Both the position numbers and the translations under genes were made by a program. A DNA stretch of 64,000 bases from a virus. Shown one piece after another: positions 1 to 9,598 of the stretch (position 1 is the stretch's first letter; every line of letters begins with the position of its first letter). Location: positions 17,375 to 81,374 of IMG/VR virus record IMGVR_UViG_3300045988_077266; one strand, 5' to 3'. The notes beneath the pieces are model-generated. The model searched no databases. It was given only the letters and a program-made list of their open reading frames with translations, and was not told the DNA's origin.

Positions 1-34
1 AAGCATAGCTTTAACTTGAGCATCGTTCCTCGCA

Positions 35-454
35 TTACTTACCATAATTTTTCATTGCGGCCTTAAATGTATCAGTTTTGACAACTTTAGAAGCATCTTT
101 TAATAGTTTATAGCCAACACGAGTCAAAGATTCTGTATAATCAAGCGCATTGTAAACTTCATCAATATTGATAACATTATCTCTTACACAGTCCATCAGC
201 CCACTCATAACAAACATCTCATGGCCGACTTCCTCAAGTTTCTCTTTACCAATATCAGTAGCGTGCATCAGTACAAGCATATCAATATTAGTCTGTCTTG
301 CAGACCAACTATCATTTTCCTTACTTGCCATCTCAACCGCATTAACAATCTGCTGAATCTGAGCATAAGTTAGATACTGCTGAATATCAATATCATAAGT
401 ATTACTATGGATTACCTTTTCCTTTAACGCTACCATTCCATTCATTCCTTTCAT
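35..454 (-). CDS. hypothetical structural-module protein (possible tail assembly chaperone, by position only)
   Basis: 139-aa ORF with a 4-nt gap to the upstream co-oriented gene. Start choice (M1/M4/M7) is uncertain and no motif was recognised. Confidence 0.45.
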   Translation of the reverse strand: MKGMNGMVALKEKVIHSNTYDIDIQQYLTYAQIQQIVNAVEMASKENDSWSARQTNIDMLVLMHATDIGKEKLEEVGHEMFVMSGLMDCVRDNVINIDEVYNALDYTESLTRVGYKLLKDASKVVKTDTFKAAMKNYGK

Positions 455-458
455 TCAA

Positions 459-860
459 TCAAAATTTAACATATTGTGAAACATATAAGATGCCCATACC
501 TAAAACAACTACAATCCAAGGGAAATTATGCTTTAAATAAGCCTGAATATCAAACTTACCAGCTTCTTCTAAAATTGTTACTTTTGATTCAACCGTAGTT
601 AATTTATCAGCCGTGGCTTTATTGGCCTTTTCAAAGTCTGCTTTCATTTCTTTCATTTCTCTTGCTTGTTCGTCCATTTTATCATTTAACTTAACCATGG
701 ACATCTGTACATCTTGCATCGTTTTAGTCAAAATCTCGTTGCTTTTGACACTGCGCTGAATTAAATCTTGGAGAAATGGCCGTGTACTTTCAAGCTTGGT
801 GATTCTGTGGTCATGGTCATCTAATTTTGCGTAAATTTTGCTGGTTTCGCCCTCTGCCAT
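459..860 (-). CDS. coiled-coil protein with C-terminal transmembrane helix (XhlA-like architecture)
   Basis: 133-aa ORF with a heptad-rich N-terminal part (DDHDHRITKLE...) and a C-terminal hydrophobic helix (WIVVVLGMGILYV). The XhlA resemblance is by architecture only. Confidence 0.45.
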   Translation of the reverse strand: MAEGETSKIYAKLDDHDHRITKLESTRPFLQDLIQRSVKSNEILTKTMQDVQMSMVKLNDKMDEQAREMKEMKADFEKANKATADKLTTVESKVTILEEAGKFDIQAYLKHNFPWIVVVLGMGILYVSQYVKF

Positions 861-869
861 TTTGCTCCC

Positions 870-1166
870 TCACTCTCTTAATTTATATTCGCCGGATTTC
901 ATTTTCCTAACACGGACATAAAGAGGTGTGTGGTCAAATGGATTTTTTACCTTAATAGTTATGTCATTATAATCAATATATAGCCAACCCTTGCGCTCAT
1001 CTCGCACTCTGCAATACCCTGTTGGAGTGTTTGCTTGTTGCTTGACCTTGCAATCGTCAGGCATATTGGGAGATGGTTTAAAGCCCCTAATCTTATCACA
1101 ATAATACATATAAGGACATACAGATTGGGTCACTCTACATTGATTTCCACTTACATATTCACACAT
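870..1166 (-). CDS. small Cys-rich hypothetical protein
   Basis: 98-aa ORF directly downstream of the tail-gene terminator, tightly packed and containing several Cys residues. Confidence 0.45.
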   Translation of the reverse strand: MCEYVSGNQCRVTQSVCPYMYYCDKIRGFKPSPNMPDDCKVKQQANTPTGYCRVRDERKGWLYIDYNDITIKVKNPFDHTPLYVRVRKMKSGEYKLRE

Positions 1167-1177
1167 TTCTTACTCCT

Positions 1178-1216
1178 TAAAAAATTGGGAGGGAAGGTTA
1201 TTCACCAACCCTCCCA
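1178..1216 (-). terminator. rho-independent terminator after the tail tube gene
   Basis: On the minus strand, GGGAGGG...CCCTCCC forms a 7-bp GC stem (1187-1193 / 1209-1215) followed by AATTTTTT. Confidence 0.7.
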
Positions 1217-1231
1217 AAAAGAAAGATTAAA

Positions 1232-2267
1232 TTAAGCAGTAACGGTTACGGTAGCATAAGCAGGGGGCACGTTAGGAGCATTCTTTAGAGAAACCTCAAT
1301 AACAGCCACACCATCAACACCGCCAGCACTAACAACGCCTGTTTCAGCCGCCACCTGAACACCAGTGGCAGTAGCGGCAGGGCTAGTTTCAACAGTAAAG
1401 TTAAAATTGCTATTATCTTTACGCTGAGAAGCCATACCCTTACCAAACACAGCACGGACAATTAGAGCCTCAGTATCGTTTTGATTCATATCAAGTTCAG
1501 CATTTTCAATAGCCAAAGCGATAACATCATCTTGCCATTTAGCGCCATAAATCTCTTCAGTCATAGTGCCATAATAGGGGTCATCCTCACAAGTAGCGCC
1601 ATCAAGCACAGCCAGAGCCATACCAGTTAGGTTAATAGTAGCAGCAGAAGTAGCAGTCAAAGACAGGTTTTGATTACCTTCAAGCTGGAACTGAGGAATA
1701 TCAACAATCAGACGGCCATAACGAGTAGCATCAGACTGTGTACCAACCTTGCCACTATACAGGTCAGTCATAACAACGACATGCAAAGTAGCAGGAACGT
1801 ACTGAGATTTAATAGTAATACTCTTGGCATTTTCATTTTGATAGAAATACTTGACACAATAAACTTGGCCAGCAGTAGCGCCGGTAATGGTCATAGTAGT
1901 ACCGGCAATAGTACCAATCTGCCAATCACTGTCAGTGGGCTTCTTATACCAACCAATCATAGTGCCATCAAAAGCTACAGGGGTCTCAGTAACAGTAACA
2001 GCGCCAGTAGTAGCGGTTAGTTCCTCTTCTTTAACAGAAAGACCGCCAGACTCAATATTAACACCCAGAGACAGCGCCATATAGTTTAAGTCAAACATTG
2101 CATCGGTCAAAGTGGCAGTTAGAGTAGAGTCGTGAAAATAACGACCAAGCAAACCATTACCCTGACCACCACGAATATCCTCAGCAGTAATAGCAAAGTC
2201 GAAGGTACTTTCAGTCAGAGTTTTAGCATAATTTTCACATAGGGACGTTAATCCTATGCCGCTCACT
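1232..2267 (-). CDS. putative major tail (tube) protein with C-terminal Ig-like domain, exon 2
   Basis: Long ORF whose only in-frame start is GTG 2266, immediately preceded by an in-frame TGA. The C-terminus looks like a Big_2-type Ig domain (TATGVQVAAETGVV...ATVTVTA). It joins in frame to exon 1 if spliced after G2268. Confidence 0.6.
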
Positions 2268-2325
2268 CACACCTTCATAAGTAAGCTGCTCATGCTTTCA
2301 CATGAGATAAGACTATATGTTCTTC

Positions 2326-3339
2326 TTATTCATTCATATCTATAAACACAATATGGTGATTATCCTTGACTAAATAATCAACCGCATTTTTAATTTGTTC
2401 AACGGTTGGCATTGTATCAACGCAATTCGCCTTGATACGTACAACTCTATAACCCATATTCATCAGCACTGAGTTTCTTGCTCTGTCCTTTGCCTCTCTA
2501 CCTTTATGCCAATAGATACCATCGTACTCAAAGTCAATTTTAACTCCATTAACAACAACGAGGCAGTCGAGTGATAGGTTCCCTTCTGGATAATTTGGAT
2601 AACAGTTGTCTTCGCCATACATCCGAACAAGTAAATTACACATCTCTTTTTCTGCCTTAGAAGATGGTGTTGTACCATTCTTATAAAATGTCTTTCGAGC
2701 CTTAGCTTGAATATCCTTAGACTGATATGCGTTCGGCACACCATACTTATCAAGGCAACTCTGAATAGTCTTTGCTCTAATATCTGGGTCACACTGAGAA
2801 CTATTGCCGCCATACCGCTCATTATTAGTCTTGATGGCCTTTTTAACAACCTCAGCGCTCTTCATGGCGTTATCAACACCATACCTATCCATTATAGAGG
2901 CAACTATTGTTTCTTTAACAGAAGAAGATGCAATCGCCCATTCATTACCATAACGTTCAAGATTAGTAGCTTTTTTCTTCTTAATTACAGAAGGCACGTT
3001 TGCTACATTGTCAAAACCATATTTGTCTTTCACAGCTCTTGGTAATTTTATCTTAGAGGCACAGTTTTTACACAAGTCACCAAGTTCTGGGTAAGTAGCA
3101 GACACCCAATCATGATACTCTGTACTAAATATACCGCCACAACAATCACAGCGATATTCAATTCGAGTATGAGAACCATTAGGTAAATCATTGGTTTTTA
3201 CCACAATCTTCTTGCCAACGTCAATAACATCTTTGCCGGTTTTATCATTACGTTTCATTGGTATATCATAACCAAGTGCTTTATAATATCCTGCGTTTCT
3301 TGATGTAATCACCATTTCAACCTGTTTTGTCAGTAACAT
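2326..3339 (-). CDS. intron-encoded homing endonuclease, Vsr/DUF559-like PD-(D/E)XK C-terminal domain
   Basis: 337-aa ORF with an AAGGAGG RBS. It has an N-terminal CxxC...CxxC zinc motif and four (E/D)RYG...N repeats. The C-terminal IDFEYDGIYWHKGREAKDRARNSVLMNMGYRVVRIK resembles Vsr-type nucleases. Confidence 0.65.
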   Translation of the reverse strand: MLLTKQVEMVITSRNAGYYKALGYDIPMKRNDKTGKDVIDVGKKIVVKTNDLPNGSHTRIEYRCDCCGGIFSTEYHDWVSATYPELGDLCKNCASKIKLPRAVKDKYGFDNVANVPSVIKKKKATNLERYGNEWAIASSSVKETIVASIMDRYGVDNAMKSAEVVKKAIKTNNERYGGNSSQCDPDIRAKTIQSCLDKYGVPNAYQSKDIQAKARKTFYKNGTTPSSKAEKEMCNLLVRMYGEDNCYPNYPEGNLSLDCLVVVNGVKIDFEYDGIYWHKGREAKDRARNSVLMNMGYRVVRIKANCVDTMPTVEQIKNAVDYLVKDNHHIVFIDMNE

Positions 3340-3360
3340 ATTACACCTCCTTTTTGTTTA

Positions 3361-3389
3361 ATTATATAACATTTGCCTAATTTTGTCAA
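3361..3389 (-). promoter_or_regulatory. sigma70-type promoter inside the intron, driving the homing endonuclease gene
   Basis: Minus strand: TTGACA aaattaggcaaatgtta TATAAT with a 17-bp spacer. Confidence 0.6.
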
Positions 3390-3681
3390 GTTTATATGAA
3401 TGTAAGAAGTGGATTTTTCGAGGCACTTGCCCCTACTCCCCCGCAAGGGGATAGTCGTTGAGCGTGTTCCTTATAGCATAGCTACTTAGGACTTTCGTTG
3501 CTGAAGAGCCATTATATCGATTACTTAGGATTTAACCTTATAATCATCCTACAACTTTTTTCTACTTTCGTCACCATTCAGCTTGTCGTTTCCAACTACT
3601 GTTTAGGCTTGTAGGCTTTAGGCATTGCCAGCATTTAACACAAAGTACACACTGATTGCTCAATGCGCATGGCCTTATTTT

Positions 3682-3755
3682 ACCACACCAACAAGGTCAT
3701 TGCCCTTAAATAGCAGAGCAGTGCCTACACCAGCTAGAAAATGATTCTGTGCCAT
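3682..3755 (-). CDS. putative major tail (tube) protein, exon 1 (24 codons + 2 nt)
   Basis: ATG at 3755 is preceded by AAGGAGG and encodes MAQNHFLAGVGTALLFKGNDLVGV. If unspliced the frame stops two codons later. Confidence 0.6.
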
Positions 3756-3768
3756 TATAACATCCTCC

Positions 3769-4602
3769 TTATTTATTTACAAATTTATCATATACTTGAG
3801 ACAAATTGTCTCCATAATCTGTCCCTGAAGTTGTTTTTATAGCGTTTGCATTGCTACCCATAGATTGAGCATATTTGTCAGCGTCAGCCATATAACCATC
3901 GTATTTACCTTTCTTTTTCTTAAAAATCCAATGGTCAATTTCATTCCCTTTACCAGCATATAGCAAAATAGGCCGAGTTGTCTCAAACTCAACCTCACCA
4001 TAAACTTCCTCAAACAACAGACTGTGACTTCTATAAGTCATATTCATTTGTTCTTGTTTACTTATCCCACAATGCGCCGTAATAATCGCCATACGCCTCT
4101 CAATAGTGGGCGGTTCAACACCAGCGTTTTTTACAGCGTCAACCTCAGTCATCATCTTCTTAATCTCAGGATTGATATACTCATCGTCATAATGTATCAA
4201 GTTCTGATACATAATGATTTTACGAATGTTATCAAAATCTTTCGGCCCTATTGAAAAGTCATCATTTATCTTCAAATATGGCCTTGAATTATCATCAAAC
4301 CCCACATAAGGATTTTCAACGTGTAAGCAATATTTGAGAATATTGACAAATTTACTTATGTTAATTTCATTTTGAAACAAAACATTATAAATAAAAGCTA
4401 AATAAGACATTTGAATAATCTCAACTGAATCCGAGGCGTTTTTATCAATATCTATTACAGACATACTTGATAAAAAAATTTCACTGTCTTTCACAGCGAT
4501 AGGATAAATAAGCAATGTTTTATCTTTTATTTTATATTCAACAGGCAAGTCAAAGTAAAAATATGCTTTGCGATATAGGTCTAAATTAAGATTCGCACCC
4601 AT
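3769..4602 (-). CDS. hypothetical structural protein
   Basis: ORF trimmed to ATG 4602 (MGANLNLD...), which has a GGTGAGGAG RBS. It overlaps the upstream gene's stop by 17 nt. Confidence 0.55.
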   Translation of the reverse strand: MGANLNLDLYRKAYFYFDLPVEYKIKDKTLLIYPIAVKDSEIFLSSMSVIDIDKNASDSVEIIQMSYLAFIYNVLFQNEINISKFVNILKYCLHVENPYVGFDDNSRPYLKINDDFSIGPKDFDNIRKIIMYQNLIHYDDEYINPEIKKMMTEVDAVKNAGVEPPTIERRMAIITAHCGISKQEQMNMTYRSHSLLFEEVYGEVEFETTRPILLYAGKGNEIDHWIFKKKKGKYDGYMADADKYAQSMGSNANAIKTTSGTDYGDNLSQVYDKFVNK

Positions 4603-5158
4603 ACTCCTCACCTGTATCTCCAACATTAACAGCCAAGAAAAGCTGAACGCCAGTGAATGTTTTAGAATTGCCAATGGTAGCACGGCCTAACGCATATCTT
4701 GACATATCATCAAAGAACATTAATTTACCAACGCCACCAACTTCAGCGCCATTCAACACAGTCATCACCTTGTTAATAAACAAATCGCCTCTGCTAACAG
4801 GGATTCCATTATATTCTACAAGGCTCATTTGACCTCCATATAAGAAGTCAAACGCATATACTACTGTGCTACTATATAGCTCTTTGGCATGAATATAATA
4901 GTCATAGATTTTAAGCACACACTTGCTTTCACAAATAGCGTCTTCTACTAATGGCGTAAAGAATACACCAAATTTCTCTTGAGGCCCATTTCGCCAAATC
5001 AACTCTAACTTTTGGTCAAAAGTCAAATTAGGCTTAGATAGTGCATCATAACTATTATATTGCAGCAATTTCCACAAATCTTCAGCTGCATCTTGACGGG
5101 CAAGATAAACAAGTATATTATATGGAATATAAGGCAAAGCCGATAATGAATTATACAT
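4586..5158 (-). CDS. hypothetical structural protein (head/tail completion region)
   Basis: 190-aa ORF with an AAGGAGG RBS, co-oriented and packed in the structural block. Confidence 0.55.
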   Translation of the reverse strand: MYNSLSALPYIPYNILVYLARQDAAEDLWKLLQYNSYDALSKPNLTFDQKLELIWRNGPQEKFGVFFTPLVEDAICESKCVLKIYDYYIHAKELYSSTVVYAFDFLYGGQMSLVEYNGIPVSRGDLFINKVMTVLNGAEVGGVGKLMFFDDMSRYALGRATIGNSKTFTGVQLFLAVNVGDTGEEYGCES

Positions 5159-5169
5159 AACTTACCTCC

Positions 5170-6441
5170 TTATCCCATCATGCTTACAGCTTGAATATCA
5201 AACTTGGTCGTTTTACTGATATTATATGTTTTATCAACAATAATGGCATTCATTATTAAGGGCGTAGTGCTCCGCTTATTACAAGTCAACTGCCAGCCAG
5301 ACGTTGTTTTCTCGACAGTTAAATATTCACTGTCTACATTTATTCTAACTGTCTCAGGCTTAATTTCTACACCACCAATGGACACCTTAACATCAAATTC
5401 AATAGTTTGATATTCTCTAATCTTATTAAAAGCCGGGTCAAGATAAATCTCAGGCTCAACAACTTGTTCGCCAACAGTAATCTTAATACTGTCTGTAACG
5501 GCCTCATTGCCACTCAACGTGACGGCAATATCCGCACTCTGGCCGACTTCACCAACTACAGTATAATTGCCGGTTTCGGCAATCGTGACAATTTCAGGAT
5601 TACTAGTTTGCCAAATAACCGGCCTATCAACCTCTTTACCATTTAACACAACGTCAACGGTCAGAGTACCAGTAGAACCAGCACTTAATGTCATGTCGGC
5701 AGAGTTGATTTTGGCTTTATAGTTATAATCTCCATTATAAGCCACACCATTAACTAAATCATCGCCATCATGAATCTCATCCAAATACAAATCAAGATAC
5801 AATAAAGTATCGTAATCTGTAGTCAAGTTAAGATTCAGAGCGTTTTGATAACCATACAGCTTAAAAGGCCGACCGCTAAGAACATATCTTGTGTTGGTCT
5901 TGAACAACCGTAATGTATTGACATTGCCTTGTACCATAACAGTAGCATGGTTGTTTGGTGTTAAGATATATCTGGACACCTGTACCGAGGGGCTTGACAT
6001 ATCATAATCAACCACGCAAGGAGCACTAAACACCGAGCCATTCTCAGGGTCAACAATTTTTAGAACGTTGTTGCATCTTCTTAATCCAGCATCTTGAGCA
6101 ATGCCACTGAAATGGCCAAATTCATTACAAATCCACCAAGAGTTATAAAACTGATAATATAAACCTCGTGCCACAATATGGTTAATATCACGAAAATAAA
6201 TCTTAATGAAATCACCTGAATCTCTCATACCAGTGGTCACATCGCCAACAGTTGTCTTAACCCATGCGTCAACAATCTTATATTCATCAGACCCAATTTC
6301 GGTTTGTTCTTTGATTTCCCCACCATTCTCAGGTGTTTTGGCGGCAGTATTGTCCCAAGACTGGTTAATAAAAGACTGAGCCAAATCCCGGTAATAATCG
6401 TTTGGAGTGGCCCCGCCAATGATGCTATACTCGATAGGCAT
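5170..6441 (-). CDS. structural protein with Big_2-type Ig-like repeats
   Basis: Start trimmed to MPIEYS..., which has an AGGAGGG RBS. The C-terminal third has Ig-like repeats (TLSAGSTGTLTVDVV...SNPEIVTIAETGNYTVVGEVGQSADIAVTL...). Confidence 0.55.
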   Translation of the reverse strand: MPIEYSIIGGATPNDYYRDLAQSFINQSWDNTAAKTPENGGEIKEQTEIGSDEYKIVDAWVKTTVGDVTTGMRDSGDFIKIYFRDINHIVARGLYYQFYNSWWICNEFGHFSGIAQDAGLRRCNNVLKIVDPENGSVFSAPCVVDYDMSSPSVQVSRYILTPNNHATVMVQGNVNTLRLFKTNTRYVLSGRPFKLYGYQNALNLNLTTDYDTLLYLDLYLDEIHDGDDLVNGVAYNGDYNYKAKINSADMTLSAGSTGTLTVDVVLNGKEVDRPVIWQTSNPEIVTIAETGNYTVVGEVGQSADIAVTLSGNEAVTDSIKITVGEQVVEPEIYLDPAFNKIREYQTIEFDVKVSIGGVEIKPETVRINVDSEYLTVEKTTSGWQLTCNKRSTTPLIMNAIIVDKTYNISKTTKFDIQAVSMMG

Positions 6442-6709
6442 GACGATAGCCCTCCTTTTCTTTTTCAATTAGCTTAATCATGTGCAAGACGACACGCCGA
6501 ACATCCTCTTGTTTGGCCTCGCCTCCTAAATGAATAAGCCCTTTGATTAAATCACAGATTTCTTCATTGCCCCGCCCAACATACTGAATATATACTCGGC
6601 TTAAATAAGACCGATAACATTGTAAAGCAAAATCATCTTTTTCACGAATAGCCGCTTCAAAAAGGGGCAAAATTTTATAAATTCCATCTACCCTTTTATT
6701 CTGACTCAT
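6425..6709 (-). CDS. hypothetical head/tail-joining region protein
   Basis: 94-aa ORF with a GGTGAGGG RBS that overlaps the downstream gene start. Confidence 0.5.
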   Translation of the reverse strand: MSQNKRVDGIYKILPLFEAAIREKDDFALQCYRSYLSRVYIQYVGRGNEEICDLIKGLIHLGGEAKQEDVRRVVLHMIKLIEKEKEGYRHAYRV

Positions 6710-6721
6710 GCCCTCACCGCC

Positions 6722-7153
6722 TTAAAAACCGTAAGAATCAAGGTCAAGTAGTAGATACTCTTGTGTTGCCCTATCGACTTCTTCTCTTAGCTTATCAATG
6801 ACATTTTGCTTTTCCTTAAAATTCTGAGATTCGCTGTTATAAGAATACTGATTCTTAATGCCCAGCTTTAGCGCAATCTGCGCCGCATTGTTGTTTTCTC
6901 TCTCCCACCAAGCAATCACCCAATAACGAGAAAGAATATAAATCTCAAGATTAGTTAAATCAACGTCAAACTCACGAGTTTCAACGTTATAAGTCAGGTC
7001 TTGCCGACATTCGGTAAATTGAGGAAGGGCGTTAAAAAGTAGGCCATCACAGAATTTCTGAAAATTATCATAGCTATTCTCAAAGAGCTTATTCAGCTTA
7101 TAATCTTCAACAATACTGAGGGCCAATGTTTCAATCTGGTCGAAACTTGTCAA
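6722..7153 (-). CDS. hypothetical head-completion/adaptor protein (position only)
   Basis: 143-aa ORF with a TTG start preceded by AAGGGGTGA. Confidence 0.45.
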   Translation of the reverse strand: MTSFDQIETLALSIVEDYKLNKLFENSYDNFQKFCDGLLFNALPQFTECRQDLTYNVETREFDVDLTNLEIYILSRYWVIAWWERENNNAAQIALKLGIKNQYSYNSESQNFKEKQNVIDKLREEVDRATQEYLLLDLDSYGF

Positions 7154-7166
7154 CTAACATCACCCC

Positions 7167-7808
7167 TTATTCCTCTTCTTCAGGTGTAATGCTCATTAAA
7201 TCCTTTCCACAGAGCTTGCCAATCTCGACAACGATATTGGCATCAATAGGTAGCCCGTTTAGCTTACGATTAACAACCATATCCACAATAATCTCTCTCT
7301 GCGCCATAGAAGCCTGTTTATAAATCTCACAAACATCGTTAGCGTTCTGCTGAAGCAGTTCCTTAAGCTGTTTATCGCTTAGAATTTCCTCATAAACGCC
7401 ACTCAGGTCATTCTTATTCACAAACTCCTTGTCTGCAATATACACCATGCCACTTGCGACAGTGTTGGGCATATTGGATAGGATAGCTCTAGCCTCAGAC
7501 TCAGGAATCATCTTATAGCCAAACTGCTTATCAATGTGATACATTCTATTGCCCTTGAGGGTTAGACCACCGGGCACAAGGCTAATAAACTTAATACCAC
7601 GAGCCGCCTTTTCCTCAATATTTACAGGATTGGTAGCGGCCTGAGCTTGCATCATAACCTTGATTTGGGCCATTAAGTCTGCCATCTGCTGTTCCTGTTC
7701 AGCAATCTTGGCCTTTAGAGCCTCGTTCTCCTCAACAGCAGAATTAGTAACCTCAGCAGTCTCAACAACCTCTGCTTCTGCGGACTTGACTTTCTTAGTG
7801 TTAGCCAT
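7167..7808 (-). CDS. hypothetical protein with N-terminal coiled coil
   Basis: 213-aa ORF with a GGAGAT RBS. It is the first gene after the capsid-gene terminator. Confidence 0.5.
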   Translation of the reverse strand: MANTKKVKSAEAEVVETAEVTNSAVEENEALKAKIAEQEQQMADLMAQIKVMMQAQAATNPVNIEEKAARGIKFISLVPGGLTLKGNRMYHIDKQFGYKMIPESEARAILSNMPNTVASGMVYIADKEFVNKNDLSGVYEEILSDKQLKELLQQNANDVCEIYKQASMAQREIIVDMVVNRKLNGLPIDANIVVEIGKLCGKDLMSITPEEEE

Positions 7809-7839
7809 TTTATTTAATCTCCATTCTTTCCATTTAATT

Positions 7840-7869
7840 CAAAAAAGGGGCCATATTTCAGGCCCCTTA
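7840..7869 (-). terminator. rho-independent terminator after the capsid gene
   Basis: On the minus strand, AGGGGCC-tgaaatat-GGCCCCT is followed by TTTTTT. Confidence 0.7.
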
Positions 7870-7883
7870 ATAAAAGTTAAGGA

Positions 7884-8981
7884 TTACTCAGTAATCTTGT
7901 ACTCACCAACATAAGCAGCACCAACGAACTCGGCGGCATAAGACTTACGAAGGGTGAAATTCTGAGAGATGTCAGCATTGTCATAGAACTGATTGCTATT
8001 GGTTAGAGTGGTACTCATAGCCATAACAACAGGCTTAGCAACAGCGGCAGAAACAACATACAGGGTGTTGTCATCTAGAGCCATGCCAAAATCAGCAGAA
8101 CCGGTAGGAGCCTGAGGTAGCTCATAGATACCAAAACCATAGAAGTCCTTCACATAAGACACAACGGGGTCACGGCCATCAATAACCAGACGGCCACCCA
8201 GAGTGCTGTCGGGTAGAACGTTCATTAGAGCGGCGGCAGTACCCATAATGACGGGCTTGGCCATCATGTTATAAGCCTGAACACGCTGGGCAAGCTGAAC
8301 CAGCTTCTTACCGTCAAACGCACCAGTCTCCTTGAACTGAGTGGGATAAGTGCCAGCGGCCAGACCAGCATTCAAAGAAGCAATAATCTCAGCGTTCATA
8401 TCAAGCTCAATAGAGATGATGATAGCACGAACGGCCTCAGCAAGGTCATCCTTACCAGCCAGAACACGAGCCATATCAACATAAGTGGTAATGATATGCT
8501 CAACGGGGCTGATTTCAACATTGCCAGCATACTTCTTCTGACGGAAGGAGGTACGCTCACCACGAGCGCCACGAGACACAGTATACAGGGTCTTGGGAGG
8601 AATCTTCAGATTCACAACGTCAGCATAACCAACAGTGCGGAAATCCACGAAGGGAGCAAAGGTGGCCTGAACATAAGCGGGTAGAACCACGTTGATGGTG
8701 GCGTTAATCAGAGCAAAGTTGGCATAGCGCAGCATGGGGTTGGCCAGAGCCACATCCATATTATTCTTGTCAATCTTCTGACCAGAGATACGCTCAAGTT
8801 CAGCAAAATAAGCCTCACGAATCAGAGGAGCCTTCTCAGCAATGGTACGAGACTTATCATAAGAACCCATGTTCTGACCCCACTCTTCAGCGGCCTTGTG
8901 ATTATGATAGTCAGCGAAAGCAGTATAGAAAGTGGTATCGCCCTTGGCAAAAGCCACAACTTCATTAGGCATAACAGACAT
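7884..8981 (-). CDS. putative major capsid protein
   Basis: 365-aa ORF with an AAAGGAG RBS and its own terminator. It sits downstream of the portal, protease/scaffold and small capsid-associated genes. The call rests on position, size and expression signals, not on a motif. Confidence 0.55.
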   Translation of the reverse strand: MSVMPNEVVAFAKGDTTFYTAFADYHNHKAAEEWGQNMGSYDKSRTIAEKAPLIREAYFAELERISGQKIDKNNMDVALANPMLRYANFALINATINVVLPAYVQATFAPFVDFRTVGYADVVNLKIPPKTLYTVSRGARGERTSFRQKKYAGNVEISPVEHIITTYVDMARVLAGKDDLAEAVRAIIISIELDMNAEIIASLNAGLAAGTYPTQFKETGAFDGKKLVQLAQRVQAYNMMAKPVIMGTAAALMNVLPDSTLGGRLVIDGRDPVVSYVKDFYGFGIYELPQAPTGSADFGMALDDNTLYVVSAAVAKPVVMAMSTTLTNSNQFYDNADISQNFTLRKSYAAEFVGAAYVGEYKITE

Positions 8982-9033
8982 ATTTATAATCTCCTTTATT
9001 ATTTATTAAAATTTAATTTAAATCTGCTTTGAA

Positions 9034-9528
9034 TTAAGCCAGCTTCATTAGAACCCAAGTCTTGATAGCTTCGCCACCAATATCCATGGTACGAGCGCCA
9101 AGCACCTTAAAATGAGCGCCAGATTCAGTAGTATTTGCAGTCAGTTTACCAGTACTTTGAACAGTAGCAAAAGTAGCGGAAGAAGCGGGTTCAGCAGTGA
9201 AAGCACCAACAGAAACCTCAATGCAGTCGCCCTTGATTAGACGCTTAACAGAGATGGGCTTGCCAGCCTCGTTGGTGAAATAGCGGGGGTCATCATAGAC
9301 CTGAGCATCCACATTGTAGCCCTGAGGTGGAGTGCCAGCAACAAGGTCAGGGTTAGCGCCAGCAGTCACAGTAAACTCGTAAGCACCGTCACCAGCGGGA
9401 GACATAGCACCCAGAGTCAGGAAAGTGCCGTTATCAATTTCAGTAGCAGCGATGCCGACAAGGTTCAGAGAATCTACGTCCCAGAAAGCTGCATGAGTGC
9501 CGTTAAACACGGTATGATTCTTAGCCAT
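9034..9528 (-). CDS. hypothetical capsid-associated protein (decoration/scaffold position)
   Basis: 164-aa ORF immediately upstream of the capsid gene, with an AAAGGAG RBS. Confidence 0.45.
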   Translation of the reverse strand: MAKNHTVFNGTHAAFWDVDSLNLVGIAATEIDNGTFLTLGAMSPAGDGAYEFTVTAGANPDLVAGTPPQGYNVDAQVYDDPRYFTNEAGKPISVKRLIKGDCIEVSVGAFTAEPASSATFATVQSTGKLTANTTESGAHFKVLGARTMDIGGEAIKTWVLMKLA

Positions 9529-9598
9529 AATTAAATTTCTCCTTTATAACAATAATTTTTTAGTTTAGTAGAGGACAACTATTCCTCAAACCAGAGTA

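Larger units (their letters stand above)
2268..3681 (-). mobile_element. group I intron (IA2/td-like core) carrying a homing endonuclease ORF in P8
   Basis: Minus strand. P1 is GUGGU|AAAAUAAG-GCCAU with a U.G pair at the splice site. The core CAACGACUAUCCCCUUGCGGGGGAGUAGGGGCAAGUGCCUCGAAA lies at 3416-3460. P7 is GACUAU (3451-3456) / AUAGUC (2311-2316). P8 is CUUCUUA (3403-3409) / UAAGAAG (2322-2328) and brackets the ORF. The P9 hairpin is CUCAUG-UGAAAG-CAUGAG (2289-2306). The terminal G is 2268. Confidence 0.75.
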
